Origin: Gemmatimonadota bacterium | Lineage (GTDB): Bacteria > Gemmatimonadota > Gemmatimonadetes > Gemmatimonadales > Gemmatimonadaceae | DNA: 64,000 nt | NCBI GenBank assembly: GCA_028287345.1 | Contig: JAQBPV010000218.1 | Location: forward strand, 13,681 to 77,680 | Direction: 5' to 3' | In this document: positions 1-9,846 of the stretch, piece by piece | Layout: the number at the start of each line of letters is the position of its first letter | Numbering within the stretch: the first letter of the stretch is position 1 | The notes under the pieces: model-generated | The model's input: only the letters and a program-made list of their open reading frames with translations | Databases searched by the model: none | What the model was told of the DNA's origin: nothing | Position numbers and translations under genes: made by a program

Positions 1-1
1 G

Positions 2-1438
2 CGAGCGCTGGATTTCTTCGAGAGCGGATTCGGTGTAGGACGACGAATCCCATGGGGATTCGATGGCAGCCGGCTGCTGCTCGTGCCTCACGCCGGTCGC
101 GCGCAGAACGCGTACTACGACCGCGCGAGCCATTCGTTGCAGTTTTACTACTTTGAGGATGAGAAGAGCACGCTGTACACGTGTCTCTCGACGGACATCG
201 TCAATCACGAATTCGGGCATGCGGTACTCGACGGCATCCGTCCGCTTTTCATGGAATCCGTGCTGCCAGAGACTGCGGCGTTCCATGAATTCATGGGTGA
301 TCTCACCGCCATCCTGATTGCACTGCGCAACACGCCGTTCCGGAGATATCTCATCGCCGAAACTGGTGGCGACCTCGATAAGGATAGCGCGCTGTCCAAT
401 TTGGCGGAGCAGTTCGGCAGAGCCGTGGAGGGGCATCCATACCTACGGAGCGCGCGAAACGAACTCACCATGACAGACATCGTGGGCGACCAGCGGCCAC
501 ACTACATGTCACAAGTGCTCACCGGAACAATGTTTGACATCATTGTCCGTTTGTCGCGCTACTACGCCCAGGAGCGAGGACATTCGCTCGCGCAGGCGTT
601 TTGGTTCACGATCCAGCGCATGCAGAGCGTCGCCATCCAACCGCTCGACCTGTTGCCGCCGGTGGACGTCACCTTTCGTGACTACGCTCTCGCCGTTTTG
701 CGCTCCGACGAGGTCGCGAACCCAACCGACCCTGACGGTTATCGGGCGATGATGCTGGAGGCATTCGTCAATCGTGGCGTTCTTAACGACGAGGACCGCA
801 AGGCCTACTCGAATCCCCATCACGTCTTCGCGCGCCTCGACTTGGATGTGTTCCACGACATCGACACCATCGCGAGCTCACGCGCCGACGCCTATCGCTT
901 CCTCGATGATAACCGGCGGAAGCTCCTGATCCCGAGGAATGCCGACGTCACGGTCGTGGAGCTGTCGAAGGCCGACAAGCTAACGCGTGAGGCACGTCGG
1001 CTTCCTCGGCAGGTGCTGCTCCAGTACATCTGGCGGGAGGAGGTACTGCTGGACGGTGAGCAGTTTGGCCGGTTCGCGGGCCAGACGGTGAGTCTACTGT
1101 GCGGTGGCACGCTGGCCCTCAACCAGAACGGCGAGGTCCTGACTTGGGCTCGCAAGCCGGGCACAGATCTGATTGGCGAAAGCCAAAGTGTGAAGGCGGA
1201 GCAGGAGGCGGGTCGGTCGCGCCGCGCGGCTCTGCTCGAGGCGTTGCGGCAGCGGGTCCGAGCCGGCAGCATTACATCCGCCATCGGGGGCGAGGCAGGC
1301 CTGCTCGCGAGGACGCTGGCACCGCTGACGTCGCGGGTCGTCGATGGCGCGGTGCGTTTCGAACTTTCGCCGCACTTCGGAATTCACGAGGGCGACAATA
1401 CCGATCAGGGAGGCCGAGCATGGCAGATAAGCTCCTAA
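2..1438 (+). CDS. Thermolysin-like (gluzincin) zinc metallopeptidase, N-terminus outside window
   Basis: The frame is open from the window edge (no stop in 2-82), so the GTG at 83 is probably not the true start. The translation has HEFGH, then HEFMGD about 23 aa later (HExxH + ExxxD, the gluzincin arrangement). An upstream NAYYD...FYYF segment resembles the M4 active-site cleft region. Stop at 1436-1438. Confidence 0.7.
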   Translation, partial: RALDFFESGFGVGRRIPWGFDGSRLLLVPHAGRAQNAYYDRASHSLQFYYFEDEKSTLYTCLSTDIVNHEFGHAVLDGIRPLFMESVLPETAAFHEFMGDLTAILIALRNTPFRRYLIAETGGDLDKDSALSNLAEQFGRAVEGHPYLRSARNELTMTDIVGDQRPHYMSQVLTGTMFDIIVRLSRYYAQERGHSLAQAFWFTIQRMQSVAIQPLDLLPPVDVTFRDYALAVLRSDEVANPTDPDGYRAMMLEAFVNRGVLNDEDRKAYSNPHHVFARLDLDVFHDIDTIASSRADAYRFLDDNRRKLLIPRNADVTVVELSKADKLTREARRLPRQVLLQYIWREEVLLDGEQFGRFAGQTVSLLCGGTLALNQNGEVLTWARKPGTDLIGESQSVKAEQEAGRSRRAALLEALRQRVRAGSITSAIGGEAGLLARTLAPLTSRVVDGAVRFELSPHFGIHEGDNTDQGGRAWQISS

Positions 1439-2751
1439 TTCGCGCATACAACGTTGAGGTCGGAGACTGTCTCTATGTGCGCATCCCGAAAGGCAGAAAA
1501 GTGGGCAGGACCGTCGACGACTTTCATATTCTGATCGATTGCGGATCGGTGGGTGGCATGCCGCATCTGGAAGCCGCGCTGAAGAATCTCGCGACGATGC
1601 TGCCAGACGCCGGCGGAGGCAAGAAGCGCCTCGACCTCGTCGTGGCGACCCACGAGCACAAGGACCACATCGCTGGATTCGATCCCGACTTGTTCGAGAA
1701 CTTCAGTATCGGACACCTCTGGATGAATGCCGCGATGGATCCGAAGCATCCACAGGCGGACAAGTCATTCGCGTTGCGGGTCGCGGCGACCGCGGCGATG
1801 CGCGGTATCGCGAGTCAAAATCTCTCCCTCAGTCCAGAGCTCGAGGATCTCGTGGCCCTTTATGGCATCGACAACGACTCGGCCATGACCGCGCTGCGTG
1901 ATACGCTACCGCAACGCAGTGGAATCACCGCGGACTACGTGCACGCAGGAATGACCGGCGGGAAACTCGGGCTGCCGCTGAACGGCATATCGATCGACAT
2001 CCTGGGGCCGGAGCAGGACATCGATCGCTTTTATCTCGGCAAGGAGGCGGACAACTCGCTCAAGGGCCTCGTCGATGGCGCGGCGTTCTCGGTGGACGCA
2101 GTCACCGCGGTGCAGGCACCACGAAACGTCAGTGCATCCGAGTTCCGCCGCCTCCAGTCGCGGATGCTATCCTCTGCGTTCGCGTTCGCCGAGCTTTCAG
2201 GCAAGGTTACGAACAACACGAGCGTCGTCCTGCTCATCACCTGGAAGGGCAAGCGGCTGTTGTTCGTGGGCGACGCGGAGTGGGACTCGAAGTTCAAGGA
2301 GGGCAAATCCAACGGGTCGTGGAACGTGATGTGGAACAAACGACGCGCCCTACTGGCGAAAGGCATCGACTTTCTCAAGATCGGTCATCACGGCAGTGAG
2401 AACGCGACGCCGTGGAACGACCGCGAAGACGGAACCATGACCGAACCCAGCGCAATCCTCGACGCAATCCTGCCGCGCCCGGCTGCCGGAAGTATGGCAA
2501 CAGCGATGGCTGTAGTGTCCACGAAGCGCAAGAACTATGAGACGATCCCGCGCTCGGCGCTCCTTGCGGAGATAGGCACGCGCGTGGCCAATGTCCGGAA
2601 TTACGGGAAAGCGCTCGGCAAGCAAGCCCAAGCCTTGCCGAAATTCGCAGACTTCGAGAAGCAATGGGTGAACCTTCCGCAGCCGTGGCGGACTGACTGC
2701 GAAGGGATGCTCTCCAAGGACGCGTTCGTCGATGTGGAAATCGAAGGCTAA
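1420..2751 (+). CDS. MBL-fold metallo-hydrolase, ComEC-type
   Basis: ATG 1420 has GGGAGG 7 nt upstream and overlaps the protease stop by 19 nt. The ORF-track start at 1099 adds an Arg-rich, non-protein-like extension. Motifs: HILIDCGS, VATHEHKDHIAGF (HxHxDH), LLFVGDAEW, LKIGHHGSENA. Confidence 0.85.
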   Translation: MADKLLIRAYNVEVGDCLYVRIPKGRKVGRTVDDFHILIDCGSVGGMPHLEAALKNLATMLPDAGGGKKRLDLVVATHEHKDHIAGFDPDLFENFSIGHLWMNAAMDPKHPQADKSFALRVAATAAMRGIASQNLSLSPELEDLVALYGIDNDSAMTALRDTLPQRSGITADYVHAGMTGGKLGLPLNGISIDILGPEQDIDRFYLGKEADNSLKGLVDGAAFSVDAVTAVQAPRNVSASEFRRLQSRMLSSAFAFAELSGKVTNNTSVVLLITWKGKRLLFVGDAEWDSKFKEGKSNGSWNVMWNKRRALLAKGIDFLKIGHHGSENATPWNDREDGTMTEPSAILDAILPRPAAGSMATAMAVVSTKRKNYETIPRSALLAEIGTRVANVRNYGKALGKQAQALPKFADFEKQWVNLPQPWRTDCEGMLSKDAFVDVEIEG

Positions 2752-2769
2752 GACAAGTGAACCCACACC

Positions 2770-3783
2770 ATGACTGCTGACAAAGATCGGTCGCTTTCCG
2801 ACGAAGGCGTCCCAACTCCGGTGGGTAGGGGAAACACGTTCATCTCGATCGACGTCGAAGTCCAGCGACTTGCGAATCTGCAGTTCGCCGAGTTCGTCAA
2901 TGAGCTCATGGGGAAGGCCGAAAGAACCAAGAAGGAGCGCGCGATATACTTCGAGCGCCTTCGCAGCAGGAGTTCATATTGGGCGAACAACCTGCGGTTC
3001 TGGCTCGCGGGTTTCGGAGTCGCCGGGTTCGTGCTGACGATCGCGGCGTCGGTGGCACGCTTTCAGTGGGAGACGTCAGGTGCGGACAAACTGCTTCTCA
3101 TCGCAGCCTTGATGTTCTATGCGGTCATGGGGGCCATCAGCGCGTTCGACAGGTGGACGGACAAGACAACCACCTACTTTCGGCATGTAGGCGTATTGCT
3201 TTCCATTCGCGATCTGTGGACCAAACTCCAATTCGAAGTCCTCAGGGAGCTGACCGCGCTCGGAACCGTGCTCGATGAGACCGCTGAGCCGGCGGCTCGC
3301 CAGCGGATACAGCTTCTCGTCGAGGCGTTCAGTATGGACGCGGACAAGATCAGCAATACCGAGCAGGCGGAGTGGCGCACCGAGTTGTTGGCGTCGCGTT
3401 CCGAGCTCGAGGCAGTGTCCAAGCAGGGTGTCGATACCACGACTGCAGGAATTCAGGAGTCGATCAAAGCAGCTGCGAAGTTTGCGGACGAAGCAAAGGC
3501 CGCGGCAGAGAGGGCAGAGACAGCTGCCAAGATCGCCGCCGATGCCGGTCGACCGGGATCAGTGAATCTGACCATAGTGGCGGACTTCGACGACGAGGTC
3601 ACTATTTCAGTCGATGGCAGGGAGACGGCCAAGAGCACCGGTACGACTATCGCGCTGGAGCATGTGGCAACGGGCATGCGGAAGATCAGCGCTCGCGCGC
3701 TGAAGGGGGCAAAAGTGATCGAGGCCGCCGTTATGGTGGAGATCAAGCCCGGGTTGCAGGACGTCAGGATCGCGCTCGGCTGA
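2770..3783 (+). CDS. 2-TM membrane protein with long coiled-coil and C-terminal beta-rich domain (SLATT-like topology, unverified)
   Basis: It starts 18 nt after the MBL gene. It has two hydrophobic helices (FWLAGFGVAGFVLTIAASVA, LLLIAALMFYAVMGAISAF), then an Ala/Glu/Lys-rich helical stretch. The last ~90 aa are beta-rich (VTISVDGRETAKSTGTTIALEHV), PEGA-like. No enzymatic motif seen. Confidence 0.65.
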   Translation: MTADKDRSLSDEGVPTPVGRGNTFISIDVEVQRLANLQFAEFVNELMGKAERTKKERAIYFERLRSRSSYWANNLRFWLAGFGVAGFVLTIAASVARFQWETSGADKLLLIAALMFYAVMGAISAFDRWTDKTTTYFRHVGVLLSIRDLWTKLQFEVLRELTALGTVLDETAEPAARQRIQLLVEAFSMDADKISNTEQAEWRTELLASRSELEAVSKQGVDTTTAGIQESIKAAAKFADEAKAAAERAETAAKIAADAGRPGSVNLTIVADFDDEVTISVDGRETAKSTGTTIALEHVATGMRKISARALKGAKVIEAAVMVEIKPGLQDVRIALG

Positions 3784-4341
3784 TCCTAGGACTCGAGACA
3801 CGGGCAGTTTAGTCCGAGTGCTCGAATAGCAATGGATCGACATCGAGCAATGCGCTCGCCTCAGGTGTTTGGTCATCAAGGTCTGCCGGAGGGCCTAACC
3901 AACGCATAACGCGGTTTAGAGCTCTAACCGGCCGGTGGTCCCTGGCGTTGAACCGATCCGCAGATTAGAAAGTCTTAAGAGTTGCTGATCCGCGATGGAA
4001 AGTTGGCCTTGCAGCTATGAGCCATTCGCCGCATCATGTTGTGAGCGGAGTAGACGAGCTATATACGCAAAGTGTACAGTGTAGAAATGACGCCGAACCA
4101 GGGCTTGTGCGGCAGGCTGTCCATCGCAACTCGCCGCGCGAATCTCATACAGTTCCTTGCACCGGCACCAGGTTCCCGTGCTACCTCAGGAGTATCGCGG
4201 AGGAGCCCGTTGCTCGGACACCGCGGTAGTCGAATCTGTCGTTCAAACGGAGCCGTAACGGCTGGTATCATCGCTGACGTCCTTCGGGATATCGCGTAAG
4301 TCGACTAGCCGTCTTGGTGTGCCAACTCTGTTCGGGTCTCC

Positions 4342-4971
4342 ATGCCTCTACAGTGGTTCAGCGGCTTCGAATCATATAGCTATCGGGCGCGCCTCCTTCC
4401 GGTGCTCCTGACAGTGCTGCCAGTCCTCCTGACGGTCATGATTCTTTGCCCAGCGTTGTATACCGGCAAAGGTGCGGCTATACCGTCGGCGCTCGTATCG
4501 TGCGGCGCTATGTGGTTCCTCGCCAATGTGGTGCTACCACGCGGACGCGCTGCGGAAGCGGCATTCGTGAAGCAGTGGAGTGGGCACTCTACGGCTCGCA
4601 CACTGCGACATCGCAACGACGATGTGGAGCCAAACACGAAGCGGCGACATCACGCGCTCTTAATGACGCGGGTATCAAGCCTTCGTTTGCCAAAAGTAGA
4701 CCGGGAGCGAACGGACCCGAACTCCGCCGACGCGGCCTACCGGTCGGACGTCAATTGGCCCTTGGAATTCAGGCAGAATGCCTACCGGCTTCCGTTGGTC
4801 CGCATCGAGAACACGGCGTACGGCTTCTGGCGCTACCTCTATAGAGCAGAGCCCCTAGGACTCGCGCTGTACCTCGTGAGCACCTCGCACGCGGCAACGG
4901 CGGTTGTCGGTGCGGACGCGGCGAGCCACCGTGCTATACGCGCGCTCGCGTTGTTCTGGTGGTCGTGTTGA
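4342..4971 (+). CDS. Hypothetical membrane protein (two N-terminal TM helices), possibly C-terminally truncated
   Basis: ATG ORF of 209 aa. The N-terminus has LLPVLLTVLPVLLTVMILCPAL and ALVSCGAMWFLANVVL, followed by a soluble basic region. It sits after a ~560-nt ORF-free, lower-GC spacer and runs into the MBL remnant. Confidence 0.45.
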   Translation: MPLQWFSGFESYSYRARLLPVLLTVLPVLLTVMILCPALYTGKGAAIPSALVSCGAMWFLANVVLPRGRAAEAAFVKQWSGHSTARTLRHRNDDVEPNTKRRHHALLMTRVSSLRLPKVDRERTDPNSADAAYRSDVNWPLEFRQNAYRLPLVRIENTAYGFWRYLYRAEPLGLALYLVSTSHAATAVVGADAASHRAIRALALFWWSC

Positions 4972-5092
4972 ATTTCACCGCGGCGCGCTGGGCTTTCTTC
5001 GTGACGAAACTGTCCGCGCTCGATGCCTCGCCTGCCCACGCCGAGGCCCGTCCGCCTCGTGCGAAGCCCCTGAACCATACGCGCCATCACCA

Positions 5093-5438
5093 GTCGACAC
5101 CCGCACCCTGCGCCTTAAAATCTTTGATGTCGGTCACGGAGCTTGTGCGTTGCTGACCGCGTGCAACTACCACGCGTGACGAGCGACTGGGGCCATTGCG
5201 TCACACAATACTGGGCGGCAGCGAACATGCTGCGCGGACGCGGAGTCCCAGCTCGAGTCTCTCTTACGTTACGAACTACGATGAGGATCTTGTGAGCGGC
5301 AGGGCAACGTTCTTGACCGGGTTCAAGGGTCGTGGGTCTTCCGCAAAGGAGTGTGCGTCACCTCATACCATTCGACCGTCGAAGTCCAAGGACGGGACCA
5401 AGCACGACGCAAACTGCAACCACGACTCACTGCTCTAA
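5093..5438 (+). pseudogene. Remnant of a ComEC-type MBL-fold hydrolase gene
   Basis: One frame reads TLRLKIFDVGHGACALLTACN (typical MBL N-terminal strand/DxGxG region) and ends at a stop at 5177-5179. A second frame (5196-5438) reads LSYVTNYDEDLVSG in place of the HxHxDH motif, and ends after ~80 aa. No start codon lies before LRLKIF. Its TAA (5436-5438) directly abuts the ATG of the next gene. Confidence 0.55.
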
Positions 5439-6842
5439 ATGTCTAAAGCCACAGCCACCGACGAGACAGCCACCCCGGAGCAGCGCGCTGCTCGGCGCGG
5501 GGCACGAGCGATAATCAAGCACTCTCTGGCCATGTCTCCGAGGGAAGAACTCCTGGTGATCGTCGGCGAAGGAAAAGAAACGGAAATTGCTCTGCTGAGC
5601 AGCGTTGGTCGCGCGCTTGAGATTGAGGTTGGCGGGTTCATTGTACCAAATCAAACGCAACGACGCCTGACAGACCCGGAGCTGCTGCCGGGAACGTTGA
5701 AACGCGCGATCGAGACATGTCATGCCGTGTTAGTGTTGACTGACTACGCCGCCGAGCTCACAGCATTCCGCATGGCAGTACTCAGCTACTTCACGGACTT
5801 CCATCGGTTTGGTCGTGCGGCCTCAATGCCGGGAGGTAGTTGGCGGGAGTTTCACTACGCCGTAGGTGACTTCGAGCGCCTTGATGCGGACGCAGAAAGG
5901 GTGGGCGTGTTGCTCTTGAGGGCACACAGAGTCAATCTGGTCACGTCAGACGGTGAGAGAGACTACCACTTCAGCTTTCCTGTCGGTGCCAGGCCTACCA
6001 TCTGTGGTAGTGTCATAGCTCCAGGTGATTGGGACAACGTGCCATCGGGTGAAACATTCGTCCTTCCGAAAACGGGATGTGCCGATGGTAAAATCGCCAT
6101 TGACGGTAGTTTTCCGATGCTGCCACTCAATCGATCTACAAGCGTGATACTTACGATTGCCCGCGGGCGAATAATAGCAATGGATGGTGCCGACGGCGAA
6201 GCAGTGCGTCATGCTCGAGAGTTGTTCTTTGTTAACTATGCAAAGCGCCAATTGCGTGGCCGCAATGCGACGACATTCTGCGAGCTCGGGATCGGAGTCA
6301 ATCGCTCAGTGCGGACGTTTCACGGAATTCCCCTGTTCGATGAAAAGGTATACGGAACGGCGCATGTCGCGTTCGGAAGAAACGATCAACTTGGCGGCAA
6401 GGTTCACGGAGCGAGTCATCATGATCTCGTGATCGCAGCGCCACGGGTCTACCTTGACAATCAAGAGAAGCCCTTTGTGGCGAACGGGCGAATTGCGATT
6501 CCCAACGATCAGGTCGAACTGGATTGGACGAAGACAGAACCGCTCACCACCACGACGGGCACCATACGCTTGACTGGAGCATCCTGCTCCGTTCAACCCG
6601 CTACCGAGGAGCTAATCATGGAGTGGAACGCATGTGCCGGTCCGAGCATTCGCACAAGAGTCGGAAACTTTGCTACCAGTCAGCTCGCAGGGCGAGCATT
6701 CCGAACAATAGGGGAGAATGGGTTGTCTCTCAAACAATTCTATCGCGTGATGAAAGAGCGCAACGCACTCGATAAAGAAATCGCATCGAGAGCGCTTGCC
6801 ATTCTTAACGCGTATGGAATAATCAGGGTCGCAAGGGCATAG
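5439..6842 (+). CDS. Peptidase family M29 (aminopeptidase T/PepS-like) protein
   Basis: 467 aa. M29-like blocks: DNVPSGETFVLPK, FCELGIGVNRSV, LFDEKVYGTAHVAFGRNDQLGGKVHGASHHDLVI. Confidence 0.7.
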   Translation: MSKATATDETATPEQRAARRGARAIIKHSLAMSPREELLVIVGEGKETEIALLSSVGRALEIEVGGFIVPNQTQRRLTDPELLPGTLKRAIETCHAVLVLTDYAAELTAFRMAVLSYFTDFHRFGRAASMPGGSWREFHYAVGDFERLDADAERVGVLLLRAHRVNLVTSDGERDYHFSFPVGARPTICGSVIAPGDWDNVPSGETFVLPKTGCADGKIAIDGSFPMLPLNRSTSVILTIARGRIIAMDGADGEAVRHARELFFVNYAKRQLRGRNATTFCELGIGVNRSVRTFHGIPLFDEKVYGTAHVAFGRNDQLGGKVHGASHHDLVIAAPRVYLDNQEKPFVANGRIAIPNDQVELDWTKTEPLTTTTGTIRLTGASCSVQPATEELIMEWNACAGPSIRTRVGNFATSQLAGRAFRTIGENGLSLKQFYRVMKERNALDKEIASRALAILNAYGIIRVARA

Positions 6843-6850
6843 GAGTAAAC

Positions 6851-8434
6851 GTGAGCGACGCGCTGGAGTTCGTGAGACGAGTCGGCGCTGAAGCCACGCC
6901 GAAGAGCAATGCCAATGGTATTGCCATTTACGATATCGATGTGAGCGCTACCTTTCGCGGTCTGCAGGATCCCGTAAAGCTCGTTCACGTGTCGGAGCGT
7001 TACGCAGTAGAGGGGGCGTTCGACCTAGAAGCCGTATCTCGCCACATAGGACAGCTTCAGGTGAACTCGCGTCAGGTGGCTCTATTCCTTGTTAACGGAG
7101 AGCGAAGCAGGCCCAATACCGTGGTGCCGGCAGCTTGGCTTGTGCTTGACAGAGTGTTGGTGCAGGCCGTCACGGGAGCGGCAAATCCCCGAGTGGCGCT
7201 CGGCAAGCTTATGCGAGACAAACTCCGCCTCGGTGTGCTGGCGCCGTATTCAACGTCGCATACGCCATCACAAGCAATGTTCTACGGTCGTGATGCTGAA
7301 CTGCGCGACGTCGCGCAGAATCCGGGCGAAAGCTTTACGCTGATCGGCCCGCGACGTATTGGGAAGTCGTCTCTTGCCCGCATAATGGAAGCACAAATCA
7401 GGAAAAGCGCCGGACCGGCATTGCGTCTCGCTGCTGACCGTTATGCCTTCAGCACCGCGTACGTTGACTGTGATCTGCTTCCGAACCTAGATCAACCGGT
7501 AGACGACTTCTTTGAGCAAGTACTAAAGGCTATGAAGCTCGAGGCAAGGGATATTGCGTACAACCGCAAGGTCTTTGGCCGAACCATCCGCGCCACGACA
7601 CCATTCGAGTACTTCAATGCGTTGGTCAGCTCGAAATTCAGCAGCGTGACGCTCGTTATCGACGAGGTCGATGCGCTAATTCAGCATGAACGAAAAAACG
7701 GGTGGCCGCTCTTGCACAAAGTGCAAGGGTTGGCAGATCGCGCCCGTGGAACGACCGCCGACGGAGACCGCTGCCGCACCAATGTCATCCTTGTTGGTTT
7801 TGCCGTACTTCACGATGCGATGTTCGATACTGACTTCCCATTCTATCAAAGGTGCCGCCCGCTTGTCATAGGCAACTTGGGAAAGAGCGCAACAACTCAA
7901 CTCATCGTCGAACCATTTAGGGAACTCGCGGTAAAAATCGAACCGGAGGATGAGGTAGTAAACAGAATCTACGAACAGACGGGCGGCATGCCATCGCTTG
8001 TCCAAGCCGTCTGTAAGGAAATCCTATTGCGGCTTGAGGTCGAGGGTATCCGCACCATAACGCCAGCGCTAGTTGACGATGCGATTCGAAAGCTCGGACC
8101 CGTGGCGAATTACATGAGCTGGGTAGATTTCCAGGCCACCGCTCTCGAGAAGGCGATTGTATACTTCGCTGCTCCACTTAAACGCTTGCGGGCGGAGGAC
8201 TTGGCGAAGTTTCTCGCGAGCAAGGGAATACACGTGGATAAGAATGCGCTGAACGGACCTTTGGATCGCCTTGCGCTCGCGAATATTCTGCGCGCCACGA
8301 GGCGGTACGATACGTACGAATTCTCCGTGGAGGCTTTTCGAAGGGCGGTTACTGCAATGACAGACCGCGCCGCGGTGCTTGAGAGGCTGGTCAGCGACGC
8401 GCGTCAAGAGTGGGGCCGACGTCACTCGCGATGA
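6851..8434 (+). CDS. AAA/STAND-type ATPase (Arch_ATPase/ORC-Cdc6-like) with ~150-aa N-terminal domain of unknown function
   Basis: GTG 6851 has AGGAG 6-10 nt upstream and lies 8 nt after the M29 stop. FYGRDAELRDV...FTLIGPRRIGKSSLARIM is the FxGRexEL + Walker A block. VTLVIDEVDAL is Walker B. Confidence 0.8.
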   Translation: MSDALEFVRRVGAEATPKSNANGIAIYDIDVSATFRGLQDPVKLVHVSERYAVEGAFDLEAVSRHIGQLQVNSRQVALFLVNGERSRPNTVVPAAWLVLDRVLVQAVTGAANPRVALGKLMRDKLRLGVLAPYSTSHTPSQAMFYGRDAELRDVAQNPGESFTLIGPRRIGKSSLARIMEAQIRKSAGPALRLAADRYAFSTAYVDCDLLPNLDQPVDDFFEQVLKAMKLEARDIAYNRKVFGRTIRATTPFEYFNALVSSKFSSVTLVIDEVDALIQHERKNGWPLLHKVQGLADRARGTTADGDRCRTNVILVGFAVLHDAMFDTDFPFYQRCRPLVIGNLGKSATTQLIVEPFRELAVKIEPEDEVVNRIYEQTGGMPSLVQAVCKEILLRLEVEGIRTITPALVDDAIRKLGPVANYMSWVDFQATALEKAIVYFAAPLKRLRAEDLAKFLASKGIHVDKNALNGPLDRLALANILRATRRYDTYEFSVEAFRRAVTAMTDRAAVLERLVSDARQEWGRRHSR

Positions 8435-9846
8435 TGCGCCTGTTCGAAAGTCAAGAGCCGATCAGTATGGCCGCCATCCACAAGCACTTGGCGGAGGACA
8501 GCCATTTACATGGCATCGAGCCGGCCGCAGACGCGGCGACTGATTTGCCGATTTTTGTAGAGCAGATTCACGAGGCACACAAGCATAGCACGGCTCAGCT
8601 ATTGGCTGACGGAGTGCCACGGGTTCTGTGCAGGCCATCGACCGAGGGAAAAAGCACGGAGTTAAACTACATTGCGTGCCGCTTCGAAGCGCGGCCGCTC
8701 GATGGTAAGCAAAGAATAGGGATTCGTTTCGGACGAAGCGCGCGTGAGTTTTCGCGGTCACAAGTGTTCGCCATCCTCGCTGAGCGGCTGCAAGTCAAAC
8801 GCTGTGCATCACTTAAAGACGCAATCGAAGCCACGCGCGCAACGCAGTTGCTATTGACATGCGATAATATCGAACAGTTGCCAGACGACGCGCTTGCGTG
8901 GCTGCTCGCAAGTGTGAAAGACATGGGTCAGGACAAGGAGTTTTTGCAACAGCGTGGTGTATGTATTGTGCTCGCTGGCTCCATGGGACTTGCGCACAGC
9001 GCGCGCAACGTCTATTCGCACTATTTCGCCGATGAGGCTGCACCCCGAGTGCGAGACTATAATGCGACAGACCTGGAAGATGTGAATCAGCAATTGCGGA
9101 AGCGTGCCAACGTGGGCCTATCTGACGACGCCATTGCCGCCGTCATGCTGCAGTCCGCTGGCGACAAACGCTTGGCGAATATGATCCTTGAAATTGGCGT
9201 TAGAGCGCACTTGCGAAAAGGGGACGGTGAGGAGGCGCAACTTGAGCGAGGAGAGATTGATGCGGCAGTGGAACACTATACCACAATAGTCTTTCGTACG
9301 GACCGACGCTGGCAGCGAGCGCTCGAGAGCGTCCTGACCGACCGTGAGGCATGGAAGGCGTTGCGTGACATTGTGCGCGGACGCGATGTGCTGTGGGCCT
9401 ACATGCCGCCTTCCGTGCGCGGCGTGTTATTCCGGTGTGGCTTACTCGACGTCGAGGCCGAAGCCGCAAAGCCAAAGAACGCAATCATTGAGCGATTACT
9501 GCATTCTGCGCTTCGTCGGCAGTTGGACACACGTTCTTTCGTGAAGAGATGGTTTGCGTCGGATTCTGAAATGCCCGGCTCCACAAGGGAACGCCGCAAG
9601 TCAACGCGCGCGTTTCTCCAGCGGCAGGCCATATCTGGATGGCTGATGTGGCTGTTTTATGCGGAGGTAGTTGCGCGCGATGACACTGAGCTGACTCTGC
9701 GGTTTGTTGATGCGAAAGGCAATGAGGCATTCGGTAAGATGGCACTCGAGGATTTTGGGTTCGATCCGGAAATTGTAGAAGCATTCATAAAGTACTGCAT
9801 CTGGACGCCTCATGGGCTAAAGGAAATTGCTGTGCCCTATGCGTAA
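8431..9846 (+). CDS. ATPase-like protein with degenerate Walker motifs (paralog-like partner of the upstream ATPase)
   Basis: ATG 8431 overlaps the upstream TGA (ATGA). RPSTEGKSTELNYIA keeps GKST but lacks the first Walker A Gly. LLLTCDNIEQL has DN in place of the Walker B DE. The C-terminal ~200 aa have no recognised motif. Confidence 0.6.
   Translation: MMRLFESQEPISMAAIHKHLAEDSHLHGIEPAADAATDLPIFVEQIHEAHKHSTAQLLADGVPRVLCRPSTEGKSTELNYIACRFEARPLDGKQRIGIRFGRSAREFSRSQVFAILAERLQVKRCASLKDAIEATRATQLLLTCDNIEQLPDDALAWLLASVKDMGQDKEFLQQRGVCIVLAGSMGLAHSARNVYSHYFADEAAPRVRDYNATDLEDVNQQLRKRANVGLSDDAIAAVMLQSAGDKRLANMILEIGVRAHLRKGDGEEAQLERGEIDAAVEHYTTIVFRTDRRWQRALESVLTDREAWKALRDIVRGRDVLWAYMPPSVRGVLFRCGLLDVEAEAAKPKNAIIERLLHSALRRQLDTRSFVKRWFASDSEMPGSTRERRKSTRAFLQRQAISGWLMWLFYAEVVARDDTELTLRFVDAKGNEAFGKMALEDFGFDPEIVEAFIKYCIWTPHGLKEIAVPYA

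Noticed and set aside
1099-1419. N-terminal 107-aa extension of the first MBL ORF given in the ORF track
   Set aside because: The extension is Arg/Gly-rich, overlaps the protease coding frame, and lacks an RBS. ATG 1420 has GGGAGG upstream and begins a normal MBL N-terminus.
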